Virus record (IMG/VR): IMGVR_UViG_3300045120_000279 | Coordinates: 1-59,289 of that record | Length of the DNA stretch: 59,289 bases | From: a virus | Taxonomy: Duplodnaviria; Caudoviricetes | Strand: one strand, 5' to 3' | Shown: piece after piece, positions 18,318-27,220 of the stretch | How positions within the stretch are numbered: the stretch's first letter is position 1 | Layout: each line of letters begins with the position of its first letter | Program-made: the position numbers and the translations under genes | The notes under the pieces: generated by a model | What the model was told of the DNA's origin: nothing | Seen by the model: the letters and a program-made list of their open reading frames with translations, nothing else | Database searches by the model: none

Positions 18318-19237
18318 TTCGCCTCCCTCATTTGCTTACTCTCCTTGGGAGCGCACGTGTCGTAACGGAACTTGCTGATCAGCCCCTTGCCGAAACAAAA
18401 ACGGCATCCGTTGGACTGGGTCTCCGGATGGCCGGCGCACACTGTGCAAACCGCATACGGAATGGCCAGCCGCATGTTGTGCCATGCCTTTTCCAGGTCG
18501 GCGAGCAGACCCGAGAAGTTGATCTCGGCATACAGAATGTCCTTGGCCTGCTGATGACCTTTGAACGCATTGATGATGGCACTCAGCTGCTTGGTCTCAC
18601 TGATGATCTCACCCTGTCGCTCCCAGAACTTCTGCACCTTCTTGGGGATGGGATAACCGAGAGCATCCTTGACGACCACCTCGGCTGGTGGTGCGGCTTT
18701 GACCTTGGGTTTTGGAGCTACCTCGGAATTCCGAGGTGCGGCGGCGGCGCGCTGTTTGCCGTCGGACGCCGTGCGGGTGACGGTCTTCACGACCTCCTTC
18801 TTTGCCTCCAGCTCCTTGCGGTATTTGGCGACCGTCTTGTCGTCCACGTCCGTCAGTTTGGCGAGCTGGACGTTGCTGAGTGTCGGCCACTCCTTCACGG
18901 CAGCCATGATGCACTGCACCTTGTCGTCCGGGCTGCGCGGTAGTCCGTGAACCGTATTGGCGAGCAGCGCGTATTGCAGGCAGTCGGTGTAGGTGCCCGT
19001 CTTCACCTCTGCCTCGATGGACTTGCGTCCGATCATGCGGGTGGCCTCGCAGCGGTGAGCACCGTCGCCCAGATACATGCGGCTCTCTTTGCTGTCCCAG
19101 AACAGAACGATGGGTGGCATCTTTTTCTTGGTCTGGTAAGCCTCGGCGTATTGAAGAACCGTATCCTTCTCAATGGTGTAGCGAACCTTCGGGCTCGCCT
19201 TGAAGTCGATGTCACTCAGGAAGATTTGTTTGGTCAT
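18314..19237 (-). CDS. ParB/Srx N-terminal domain protein with HTH and C-terminal Zn finger
   Basis: MPPIVLF..YLGDGAHRCEA (ParB GxHR-type box); ANTVHGLPRS; LSNVQLAKLTDVDDKTVAKYR HTH; CTVC..CRFCFGKG. Confidence 0.8.
   Translation of the reverse strand: MTKQIFLSDIDFKASPKVRYTIEKDTVLQYAEAYQTKKKMPPIVLFWDSKESRMYLGDGAHRCEATRMIGRKSIEAEVKTGTYTDCLQYALLANTVHGLPRSPDDKVQCIMAAVKEWPTLSNVQLAKLTDVDDKTVAKYRKELEAKKEVVKTVTRTASDGKQRAAAAPRNSEVAPKPKVKAAPPAEVVVKDALGYPIPKKVQKFWERQGEIISETKQLSAIINAFKGHQQAKDILYAEINFSGLLADLEKAWHNMRLAIPYAVCTVCAGHPETQSNGCRFCFGKGLISKFRYDTCAPKESKQMREAK
18718..18739. repeat. Palindrome, 20/22 match, in frame (APRNSEV) in ParB-HTH gene
   Basis: CTACCTCGGAATTCCGAGGTGC. Confidence 0.93.
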
Positions 19238-19354
19238 GGGGTTGGGTTTTGTGGGTTGTGAGTTCGTGACACCCACCCACGATCAGCATGATCAGGCCGA
19301 GTATCACTATGGTTGAGGCCACGAAATTGGCCGGGTCAATTTTTGGATCAGACT

Positions 19355-19561
19355 TCATGATGGGTTTCTCTCCAGTTCAGCCAGTAAGGCGTCGGCATAG
19401 TTGACCGCACACTCGGCCACCGATTGTTTAGACACTGGGATTTCTCCGTTGGCCACCATGGCCTCCATCATCATGGCCGCAAACAGCTCGCGCTTGGTGA
19501 GGCCGACAGCCCATCGCTCAGACGGGTAGGCTGCTAAATCTCCATTTTCTTTCGGACTCAT
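19355..19561 (-). CDS. Conserved small phage protein
   Basis: GLTKRELFAAMMM...AVNYADALLAEL motif common in phage hypothetical proteins. Confidence 0.7.
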   Translation of the reverse strand: MSPKENGDLAAYPSERWAVGLTKRELFAAMMMEAMVANGEIPVSKQSVAECAVNYADALLAELERNPS

Positions 19562-20652
19562 TTCACCACCTCCAGCGACCCGTCTTTGCGCTTGTCGTCG
19601 GTGATGCCGGCCAGCAGTTCATCCATCTTGGCCTTGAGCGCCTTGCCCTTGAGTTTGGTGGCTGCGCGCACCTGCGCCTCCAGCTCGCCCTTGGCAATGG
19701 TGACGGTCGCCATGAATTGAGCGGTCGTGCCGCCCGACGCCACGAACCGCGCGTGCAGCTCGTTGGGGTTGTTGACCGTCTTGGTCATGTCGCCCTCGCC
19801 GATCTTCCAGCCGGGCACTGCGTTTGGGTCCTCACGAATGAGGTCCTTGATCTTCTCCTTGCACTCGGACAGCCAACGCTCGGCCAGACCACGCCGCTCA
19901 CAGAACAGCGCGCGCTGCTCGGGCGTCCACAGGCTGACCGGGATGGCCAGAGTGGACATGGACGCCGGCACAGACACGTCCACCAGCTTGGAGTATTCGG
20001 GACAGGTGAACCGGGCCAGGCAGTATTTGCACTGCACTTCGCCAGCGGTGCGCGGTGCACCCGGTGCGTTCGACTTGAACACTCGATTAACCATCTCCGA
20101 CTGCGCCTGCTCGATGGAGATCAGGTCATACCGGCAGATGCCCGCGTCGTGCGTCACCAGCGGCTGCACGATGGACACGTCGATCTCCGTCACGCCATAG
20201 CTGCCAGCCGCCAGCGCACACTGGTCGCGCAGTTGCAGATTGCTCGGCGAGTCCTGCACTTCCCCGGGCAGCGTTTTGTATTCGATGATCAACGCCTTGG
20301 TGCCGTGAGTGACTACCAGGTCCGGCTTGGCGCTGTGGATGTGGCCTTCCTGTGACCTGAACCAGAGGCGCTCCTCCTTGATGCGTTTGACGTTCTCGGC
20401 GTCGGGGCCGAACGAGTCGATGATCAGACGCTCCCGCATTTCAACGCAGCTCTCATACACCGAGAGCTGGTCGCTGCGCAGGCCCTCCGGCGCGTCCTTG
20501 GCCAGGGCGTCGTGGATTTGCTGACCGAACAAGTTGTCGTCGGTCGTGGGCGAGGTCAGACCGCGCTGGGCCTGGTGTCGGCCCTGACAGAGTTCATCTG
20601 CCTGGGCATTGGAGGCGGACGTGCCGCCCATCACTTCTTCTTCGTGGGTCAT
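19558..20652 (-). CDS. PD-(D/E)XK exonuclease (DUF2800/Cas4-like), probable recombinase partner
   Basis: SAKPDLVV..IIEYKT, NLQL, QCKYCLARFTCP. Confidence 0.8.
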   Translation of the reverse strand: MTHEEEVMGGTSASNAQADELCQGRHQAQRGLTSPTTDDNLFGQQIHDALAKDAPEGLRSDQLSVYESCVEMRERLIIDSFGPDAENVKRIKEERLWFRSQEGHIHSAKPDLVVTHGTKALIIEYKTLPGEVQDSPSNLQLRDQCALAAGSYGVTEIDVSIVQPLVTHDAGICRYDLISIEQAQSEMVNRVFKSNAPGAPRTAGEVQCKYCLARFTCPEYSKLVDVSVPASMSTLAIPVSLWTPEQRALFCERRGLAERWLSECKEKIKDLIREDPNAVPGWKIGEGDMTKTVNNPNELHARFVASGGTTAQFMATVTIAKGELEAQVRAATKLKGKALKAKMDELLAGITDDKRKDGSLEVVK

Positions 20653-20656
20653 AGGT

Positions 20657-20872
20657 TTATAGTTTGGTTACTGCGATGCGGAATTTGAGGTTTTCGTTTT
20701 TTACCATTTGTGTCTTGAGGTTTTCCTCCAGGTTGCTCCTCAGGTTATACTCCGCCTCAGAGACGGCGTTCCTGATTTCATCCTCGGCTTCTCTCATTAA
20801 AAAACGCCTCGCTGGGGCGCTGATCTTCGGGTCGATGTAGATGTCTACGTGAATCTGGTCCAGTTGAATCAT
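20657..20872 (-). CDS. Hypothetical protein
   Basis: Tightly packed minus-strand ORF. Confidence 0.55.
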   Translation of the reverse strand: MIQLDQIHVDIYIDPKISAPARRFLMREAEDEIRNAVSEAEYNLRSNLEENLKTQMVKNENLKFRIAVTKL

Positions 20873-21165
20873 GATGCCTCCTTGCTGGCCAGCTTGACAC
20901 GGAGTTTGGTTATTTCCTTATTGAGTCTGGTCACCAGCCTGTCGTTCTCGTTGGCTTGATCTCCGATAAGCTGGTTGGCAGCTCGGTTGGCCTTGGATAG
21001 CTCCTTTACCACCTTCTCCAGACGCTCGATTTCATCCGCTAGAGACGCTCTCACATAGGCAGTCTCTCGCTCTAGTTGTCCTATTTGTTCTCGTGTGAAA
21101 CCCCTGGTGCTGTCATCACCAGACGTGAATTGCCACAGCTTTAATCCCTGGTGCCACTTGCTCAT
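20869..21165 (-). CDS. Hypothetical coiled-coil protein
   Basis: ATGA overlaps with neighbours. Confidence 0.6.
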   Translation of the reverse strand: MSKWHQGLKLWQFTSGDDSTRGFTREQIGQLERETAYVRASLADEIERLEKVVKELSKANRAANQLIGDQANENDRLVTRLNKEITKLRVKLASKEAS

Positions 21166-21389
21166 TCGTTTTCCTCCAGCGCCCGCTTGGCGATGAAGTG
21201 TGAGTGGGTGCGGTTGCCCCGGTAGTCCTCGTCCCGGATTTGCTCCAGCGAACGACGCAGGGATCGGATGATGCGAACGTAGTTGGCTATCTCCTTTTCG
21301 TAGTCATATCCGGATTGGATTTGGTTGGGTCTGACAGCTGGGTCCACGTAGCCATCTGACTTGTGTGGGTATTCACCTGAGCAGCTCAT
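21162..21389 (-). CDS. Hypothetical protein
   Basis: ATGA overlaps with neighbours. Confidence 0.55.
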   Translation of the reverse strand: MSCSGEYPHKSDGYVDPAVRPNQIQSGYDYEKEIANYVRIIRSLRRSLEQIRDEDYRGNRTHSHFIAKRALEENE

Positions 21390-22324
21390 ACCTCACTCTC
21401 CTTCTTGAGGTCGGCCACCACGTCGTCCCACCGCTTGACGATCTCCGCCATAGTCTTGGGGAACTTGGTGTTCGTGCGCTCGATGCTGTCGCCCATGTCG
21501 GCCAAACCCAGTCCAGCCATGTAGTTGATCAGGGTGGACTCGGTGATGTCTTCCCGCAGGCAGAGCAGCCGGATTTTCTCCGTGTTCTCGTCGCTGGTCT
21601 CGGTCACGATCTCGGCGTCCGAGGGCAGTGGCGGTTCTACCTCGGAATTCCGAGGTAGGTCTGGGACGGGCTCATTCCCGAAGATGGGCTTCGAGATCGC
21701 CTTGCGCTCCGTGTGCGCTGTGTCCATCTCCTCCTTGAGGTAGAAGCCACCCAACATGGTCGGGAAGGCCGTCCGCATGGCGTCGGCCTCGGCACACTTG
21801 CAGATCATCCCCGCCGGGTCGTCCGTCCAGATTTTTGTGTTCTTCTTGAACCGGGAGAGCCGGACCTTTTTGTAGATGGGGATGGACCTGTTTTTGAAAT
21901 AGACGGCGGCCCAGCCACCCAGCAGCCGGTCGGTGTCTCGGGTATAGTCGCCCTCGACTTCAATCTCCGCGCCGTCCCGAATGACCACCACTCCGGACTT
22001 CATGCCGTCGAAGTCCGGGTTGACCTGGGCGCGCTTGAGGAACGCCTGGTGCGCGGTGATCAGTGAGAACTTGGGACCGTCCTGCGTGTCGTAGCCTAGC
22101 ATGAAGGCGTCGCCCTCGAACGGGTTGAGCCGGCGTGCCTGCGCCATCATCAGGAATTTCATGCACTCGTTGTCGCTGGGCAGCGCGCCGCTCTTGGTTG
22201 GTTGCGCGACCAGGTTCTTAACGATGCTGATGCTGAGTTTGATGGAGTCTTTCCCGCCGAACGGGACGAACTCCATCATCTTGGTTTCTTTTGTGGTGCT
22301 TACTGCGTTTGTGGGTTCACTCAT
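21386..22324 (-). CDS. bet: RecT/Red-beta-like single-strand annealing protein
   Basis: LNPFEGDAFMLGY, GGWAAVYFKNR, W..DPAGMICKCAEADAMRTAFP. Confidence 0.88.
   Translation of the reverse strand: MSEPTNAVSTTKETKMMEFVPFGGKDSIKLSISIVKNLVAQPTKSGALPSDNECMKFLMMAQARRLNPFEGDAFMLGYDTQDGPKFSLITAHQAFLKRAQVNPDFDGMKSGVVVIRDGAEIEVEGDYTRDTDRLLGGWAAVYFKNRSIPIYKKVRLSRFKKNTKIWTDDPAGMICKCAEADAMRTAFPTMLGGFYLKEEMDTAHTERKAISKPIFGNEPVPDLPRNSEVEPPLPSDAEIVTETSDENTEKIRLLCLREDITESTLINYMAGLGLADMGDSIERTNTKFPKTMAEIVKRWDDVVADLKKESEV
21637..21658. repeat. 22-bp palindrome, exact copy, in frame (LPRNSEV) in recombinase linker
   Basis: CTACCTCGGAATTCCGAGGTAG read directly. Confidence 0.97.
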
Positions 22325-22339
22325 ATAGTTTTTGATGCT

Positions 22340-22396
22340 AAAAAATGACGGTCTGTCTCGTGTCAGCTATTTTAGCTAAACGAGTCCAGACCGTCA
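22340..22396 (-). terminator. Long hairpin plus U-tract ending the ubiquitin-like operon
   Basis: TGACGGTCTG (22346-55) pairs with CAGACCGTCA (22387-96); A-run at 22340-45 gives a U-tract on the minus strand. Confidence 0.65.
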
Positions 22397-22410
22397 CGCT
22401 TTTTCTGTAA

Positions 22411-23739
22411 TTAACCTCCCAACCCGTGCCCTTGACCGTATCCCGGATACCTGACCTCACCGTTGGGAATGGGATGGCCCTCGTAGTCCATCCGCTCCTC
22501 CTCGTCCGTCTCGGTGGGCAGACCAACCTCACTGGGCGCACCACCGGCTTTCTCCTGCTTCAGCGCCCGCTTCAGCTCCCGGTTGAGTTCTTGCTGGTGA
22601 ATCTTGGCGACCATGTCCGAGTAGGCCGACACACTCATGTCGTGTTTGAACATGAGGTCCATCATGACCAGCTCCTCGTCCTCCAGCGTCATCAGCATCT
22701 CGGCTATTTTGATGAACATATCCGACGTGAAGGCCAGGAGCTTGGGATCGTTTTTGGGAGTGCCCCTCGACTCCTTGATCAGTTCCTTTATGTCGGCCTC
22801 ACAGCGGTCCTTGTCCCACTTGGTGACGGTGACGCATCGGTCCAGGTAAGTGCGCTGGGCCACAACGTATCCACTCGAAAAGTGGCCCATTGGCTGGACG
22901 GTCGGCCGAGGTGGTGCGTCGATGATGTAGTTCTCCTTCCACACTTCGGGGAAGGTTGTCTCTGGTGCTGGTGGCGTGCACATCTCGAAGGCCGCCAACC
23001 GGGCGTCCACGTCATCTGGCATCATGGACCGCATGTGCTCGGGGATGGTGGCCTTGACAGCCGTCACATCCCAGAATGTGTCCAGCTTGATGGACGACAG
23101 GTGGAAGCGGGACTGGTAGACGCGGGCATGAATGTCGTAGTGATTGCTGCCCACCTTACCAATGGTGATGTGAATGCCGTCCTGTCCGACCTCGTTGGCC
23201 GTGTCGGTGCTGGACTGGAACGCACTGCCTGAGCAGTGGTGATGGATGGTGCAGTAATACAGCCACTCGTCACCGAACTGCGCGCGCTGGATGGCCGTCT
23301 GTGGGTGCTCGTCCAGCTCCCGCGTGGTCATGCCCGTGCGACCGCGCTGCGGGAACGCCCACGCCTTCCACTCCCGAGTGGTGGCGTTGACGTAGACGCG
23401 CACCTGCGCCTCGCTGTGGTGCTCCGCCTGCGTCCACTCGAAGAACGCCATGACCTCGTCCCACCACTGGCGGTTGGGCACGTTCATCTTGGGACCCTCC
23501 CACTCATACTTGGCGGTCGTCTCGGTTACCGTGTGCTCGAATATGCAGGTCATCAGACCGGTGGCCTGCTTCACTTGTTTGATTTTGCTCATTGTATTTG
23601 TGTTACTGGTTTGACTGACTGGGGTTTCAATTTTCCGTTCGACGAGTGGCAGTTGCTGCGGGTAGGTCTGGGGAACTTGCCCCATGCCTCGTGCCCCGCC
23701 GTCACTCACCAATGATTTGCGATGCTTCTTCCGGCCCAT
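22411..23739 (-). CDS. JAB/MPN+ metallo-isopeptidase (prokaryotic JAB); start may be 23592
   Basis: SEAQV (catalytic Glu), WAFPQ, TIHHHCSGSAFQSSTD (HxH..S..D), DGIHITIG. Confidence 0.85.
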   Translation of the reverse strand: MGRKKHRKSLVSDGGARGMGQVPQTYPQQLPLVERKIETPVSQTSNTNTMSKIKQVKQATGLMTCIFEHTVTETTAKYEWEGPKMNVPNRQWWDEVMAFFEWTQAEHHSEAQVRVYVNATTREWKAWAFPQRGRTGMTTRELDEHPQTAIQRAQFGDEWLYYCTIHHHCSGSAFQSSTDTANEVGQDGIHITIGKVGSNHYDIHARVYQSRFHLSSIKLDTFWDVTAVKATIPEHMRSMMPDDVDARLAAFEMCTPPAPETTFPEVWKENYIIDAPPRPTVQPMGHFSSGYVVAQRTYLDRCVTVTKWDKDRCEADIKELIKESRGTPKNDPKLLAFTSDMFIKIAEMLMTLEDEELVMMDLMFKHDMSVSAYSDMVAKIHQQELNRELKRALKQEKAGGAPSEVGLPTETDEEERMDYEGHPIPNGEVRYPGYGQGHGLGG

Positions 23740-25024
23740 AGTTATTCCTGATGTAGGTTGTTAATTGACGTTTCAGTTCTTCCTGATTTATTTGGACAGT
23801 CGGGTCCTCGTTGTTTTCCGAATCGTGGTTCCCATACGTGTGCTCCCCAACCTGCTGCATCTCCACGTTGCCGAGGGCGTTGTCGTCCACGATGTCATTG
23901 ACATAATTCATCATGGCTTCGAGGGTGTCGTGATTGGTCACGATACTAGACACCTCGTTGCGTGAGAAGTGATGGCTGTATACCCCACGCCGGTTGACGC
24001 GGTAGGTGCATGTGCCCACATCCACGTCCGTCACCGTCACCGGTATGGCGAATATGTTTGGGTTGGCAGCTTGGGCCCGCTCGGCTGCCGTAGCGGCCGG
24101 CCCGCGCACCACGTTTCCATCCCGACCGTAGACTCGGGCTTGTGCTCCCGAGAAGCGTGGCGGATGGAACCCGAACTCCACCCAGTCCTTCAGCTGATCG
24201 AACGTGATCAACTCCTCAGGCGGCAGCCGCCCAAAGATGGCCATGAGATGACCACGCACGATCTCGTTCTGCGGGGCCACCTTCATGAGCTGCACCAACG
24301 TGGCGTTGATGCACACCTCCAACTGCATCTTGCGCTGTGGTGGTTCATTGGCCAGCACTCCCGCATCCAGCAGTGCGAATGACCAGGAATCGCTCACGTT
24401 GCCAGCCGTGCGGTCGGCGATGATCTCATGTCCCGTCCACAGCTTGGCTCGGACGATCTGGTTCGTGGTGTTGTTGTGCGCATCCAGGTAATAATCCTGG
24501 TTGTGGTTCAGGTTGACCACGCCCGTGCGATCCCGGATACCCGACCGACGGGAGTCCAGAAACTGGCGCATGGTCATGAGGTCAGTTACCACTCGGAATT
24601 CCGAGTTGGTCAACTTGAACGCCGGTTTTTCTTCCTTGGCTTTTTTGGCTTTCATGGCTTCTTCATTGTTGTCCGGGTCGCCCGGCATTATTGGTGTTCC
24701 GTCCAGTCGAACGCCGACCGCTTTGGCCGGAATCGGTGGACCGTCGGGTGTCTCGGAGGGTAGTGTGCCCCACGTAGAGGGCACTGGCGGTTCCCACATA
24801 GAGAGCACTGGCGGTTCCCACACCAAGTTCCCTGGCGGGTGTATCTCCTGCTCCACTGGCGTGACTGTCAGTGGCTGTATCACCACCGCGTCGTAAGGAC
24901 CCGTTGGATCGCTTTCTGGGACTGTTTGTTGTGCCCGTAGTAGTGCAGCCTCGAATTCGTCGAGCTGCTGATTGATTTCCATGGCCTGCCGCTCGGTGGC
25001 GCCTGGCTCGTGTTGTTCTGGCAT
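23702..25024 (-). CDS. Hypothetical 440-aa protein inside the ubiquitin-like operon
   Basis: Long ORF between E1 and JAB; Pro-rich N-terminus with WEPPV duplication. Confidence 0.7.
   Translation of the reverse strand: MPEQHEPGATERQAMEINQQLDEFEAALLRAQQTVPESDPTGPYDAVVIQPLTVTPVEQEIHPPGNLVWEPPVLSMWEPPVPSTWGTLPSETPDGPPIPAKAVGVRLDGTPIMPGDPDNNEEAMKAKKAKEEKPAFKLTNSEFRVVTDLMTMRQFLDSRRSGIRDRTGVVNLNHNQDYYLDAHNNTTNQIVRAKLWTGHEIIADRTAGNVSDSWSFALLDAGVLANEPPQRKMQLEVCINATLVQLMKVAPQNEIVRGHLMAIFGRLPPEELITFDQLKDWVEFGFHPPRFSGAQARVYGRDGNVVRGPAATAAERAQAANPNIFAIPVTVTDVDVGTCTYRVNRRGVYSHHFSRNEVSSIVTNHDTLEAMMNYVNDIVDDNALGNVEMQQVGEHTYGNHDSENNEDPTVQINQEELKRQLTTYIRNNYGPEEASQIIGE
24588..24609. repeat. Palindrome variant inside 440-aa gene
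   Basis: ACCACTCGGAATTCCGAGTTGG; 16-bp symmetric core ACTCGGAATTCCGAGT; translated as TNSEFRV. Confidence 0.85.
24769..24822. repeat. In-frame 24-bp tandem duplication
   Basis: GCACTGGCGGTTCCCACA at 24781 and 24805; encodes WEPPVLSMWEPPVPSTW. Confidence 0.8.
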
Positions 25025-25032
25025 AATTTTCC

Positions 25033-25692
25033 TTAGAGTTCACCGGTTTTGAACGTCTCCTGACGTGTTAGATTTTGAACCAATTTGTGCGGGAGGAATT
25101 TCTCGTCCTCCTGCGTGAGTTTGATGGCCTCCATTCCCCACACGACGTAGAGATGGGCAGCCAGGGCGGCGGCCATGAAGTTGGCCGTGACAAGCTGCAC
25201 GTTGGCGGTCTGCGCCTCACCCGTGCAACCGATGGACCGGGCGCGCGGGTCGTTGCGCCGGTCGTTGAGCATTTCCGGATACATGACCCGAGGGTCAAGC
25301 CGGGTGGTTTTCCAGTAAGGCAGGTAGACGTAAGCCTCGCTGGAATGAACCTCGTTGGCCGCAAAGATCACGCGGCAGTCGGTCATGTCGGAAGCCCGCA
25401 GCGCGGCTATGCGCCCAGGGTTGTTATCCACCACGCACATCAGCCAGTCCTGTGCGGAGTGCGCAATCAGCGTCTCCGAATACCAGGTCGGGATGTGGTG
25501 GCAGTTGTATTTCTCGGCCAGGGCGAACGCCTTGTTCTGGCCGATTTCTTTTTCTGTGAACAGCTGACGGTTGAGGTTTTTCTTCTCCAACTTGTCGCCA
25601 TCCACCAGCGTGACGTTGTCCTTGCCTGCGAGCAGGCACATGGTCGGGGCCAGCCAACTGCCGACGCCGCCAACTCCAATGATGTAGATCAT
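25033..25692 (-). CDS. ThiF/E1-like ubiquitin-activating enzyme
   Basis: IIGVGGVGS, LVDGDKLEKKNLNRQLF, IGQNKA, CVVDN, candidate catalytic Cys in SIGCTG, QLVTANFMAA. Confidence 0.92.
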   Translation of the reverse strand: MIYIIGVGGVGSWLAPTMCLLAGKDNVTLVDGDKLEKKNLNRQLFTEKEIGQNKAFALAEKYNCHHIPTWYSETLIAHSAQDWLMCVVDNNPGRIAALRASDMTDCRVIFAANEVHSSEAYVYLPYWKTTRLDPRVMYPEMLNDRRNDPRARSIGCTGEAQTANVQLVTANFMAAALAAHLYVVWGMEAIKLTQEDEKFLPHKLVQNLTRQETFKTGEL

Positions 25693-25696
25693 ACAA

Positions 25697-26125
25697 TTAA
25701 CCTCCTTGTTCGTCGTCTTCGTGCTCCTCGTCCTGATCATCCTCCTCGTCAGTGCCGAGTGGGCTTTGCTTCACGTCCATCGAGAAGACCAGGTCCACCA
25801 GCTTTTTGTTGACGGGATTGCGTTGCATCTTGGCTTGCAGGTTGGCCTTGGCGATCTCCAGTGTTTTCCAGAAAGCCTTTCGGTCTTTGGTGGGCACCAG
25901 CAAATCGAACAGTGCGTTGTCATACGCCATCCACGACGCCAGGATGTAATCCGGAATGCGATAGCCACGCCCCATGCTGTAGTCACCCAGCGTTGGGCGG
26001 GTTGAATCCGTGTTTAGGAACGTGAGGAACAGCTCAAAGCTTTCAAGTGGCGCACCATTTTTGGTGTGGCCAAAGTGGATAGCCTGGAACAGCTCCGGTC
26101 TCTTGTTGGGTTTTTTATTGCTCAT
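25697..26125 (-). CDS. Hypothetical protein with acidic tail, between E2 and E1
   Basis: ORF tightly packed in the operon; ends DEEDDQDEEHEDDEQGG. Confidence 0.7.
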   Translation of the reverse strand: MSNKKPNKRPELFQAIHFGHTKNGAPLESFELFLTFLNTDSTRPTLGDYSMGRGYRIPDYILASWMAYDNALFDLLVPTKDRKAFWKTLEIAKANLQAKMQRNPVNKKLVDLVFSMDVKQSPLGTDEEDDQDEEHEDDEQGG

Positions 26126-26126
26126 T

Positions 26127-26855
26127 TTAAGGGCGGATGTTTTGGGTGATGAAGTCCACTCCTATTTTCTTACAGCTGGCCTCCCAGTCACCGACCGGCG
26201 GCTGCTGAATGAATCCTTTGTCCTTGGCGATGAACCGGAACAGATTGCGCGTGGCCTTCCGTATCGAGTCGCCTTGGCTGGTATACAGGTCCTTCTGCCA
26301 GATGCTGCGCTGGAACTGCTGCCACACTCGCTGCGCACCATGAATCATGCTGGCGTTGACCTGACTGTCCGAGTTAGTCCCGGGACACAGCTTGCAATCC
26401 TCGTAGAGGTTGCTGAGGGGGAGGCGCCAGCACCTACCCTGCGGATCGAAGGCGGTGAGGAACTGACAGGTCTCCTGGTTCGCATCCCCGAGCACCACTG
26501 ACAAGATGACGCGCATGGTCGTGGGTGGCACCCAGATCATGGGCATGGTGGGTCCTTCCGAGTCGAAGGCAGGATACAATACTTCACCGTCCAACAGGTA
26601 GACGGTCGTGAGGGGAATGCTGTTTAGCGGCATGTTGACCACCCGATTGCCGGGTGCCAGGGTGATGTTGGCCATGCCGGGCAGACCAGCAACGCCGGTG
26701 AGGTGAGCCATGCTGATGGCATTGGTGGCGACCCGGGGCACGTTCTTGCTCATGGCCGTCATGAACTGATCAGTCAGCTCCACGGCGCGCACGACTTGCT
26801 CCACTTGATGCAGGCCGCCTCCTGAGTCGATTGTGTAAAAAGTTTCAGATTTCAT
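26127..26855 (-). CDS. Prokaryotic E2-like (UBC-fold) conjugating enzyme
   Basis: WRLPLSNLYEDCKLCPG resembles the prokaryotic E2 P..N.y.dg.lC.G active-site motif; lies between Ubl and E1. Confidence 0.7.
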   Translation of the reverse strand: MKSETFYTIDSGGGLHQVEQVVRAVELTDQFMTAMSKNVPRVATNAISMAHLTGVAGLPGMANITLAPGNRVVNMPLNSIPLTTVYLLDGEVLYPAFDSEGPTMPMIWVPPTTMRVILSVVLGDANQETCQFLTAFDPQGRCWRLPLSNLYEDCKLCPGTNSDSQVNASMIHGAQRVWQQFQRSIWQKDLYTSQGDSIRKATRNLFRFIAKDKGFIQQPPVGDWEASCKKIGVDFITQNIRP

Positions 26856-26867
26856 TTTTAAGACAAT

Positions 26868-26904
26868 AAAAAGGGGCCGGCCAGGATTGCTCCCAGCCGG
26901 CCCC
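26868..26904 (-). terminator. Intrinsic terminator between Ubl and E2 genes
   Basis: Minus strand GGGGCCGGC-N14-GCCGGCCCC followed by TTTTT. Confidence 0.8.
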
Positions 26905-26918
26905 GTGTTGACTACCGT

Positions 26919-27182
26919 TTAGCTCTTACGGAAGAGCCCCTTGATGAACTGCACGAACCGTGCAGCCTTCGTGTTGGCCTTGGTCTCGATGAGCACCGTC
27001 ACGCCGTCCGTGAGGACCGACGAGTTGCCCTGCTCCACGCCGTTGACGAGCGCGCGGACATTGTCACCGAAGCCCAGCTGGGCCTTGACCGACGCCGAGC
27101 CCAGCACGGTGCTGACCGTGGGCGGGTTGTCGTAGGTCTTGGTGATTTCTTCGGAACCGTATTTGACTTTGATGATCGTCAT
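26919..27182 (-). CDS. Ubiquitin-like (beta-grasp) protein with C-terminal extension
   Basis: IKVKYG...TVSTVL...RALVNGVEQ..SVLTDGVTVLIE is a ThiS/MoaD/Ub-type pattern; first gene of the E2-E1-JAB operon. Confidence 0.8.
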   Translation of the reverse strand: MTIIKVKYGSEEITKTYDNPPTVSTVLGSASVKAQLGFGDNVRALVNGVEQGNSSVLTDGVTVLIETKANTKAARFVQFIKGLFRKS

Positions 27183-27220
27183 ACTTTTATTTGGTTACTG
27201 AGTTTGCGTTTGGTTGTGGT

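Noticed and set aside
19558-20652. Cas4-like nuclease as evidence of a CRISPR system
   Set aside because: It lies near the Bet recombinase with no array, so an ordinary phage recombination exonuclease is the simpler reading
25033-27182. ThiF/ThiS pair for thiamine or molybdopterin synthesis
   Set aside because: No biosynthetic genes are present, while E2-like and JAB genes are in the same operon
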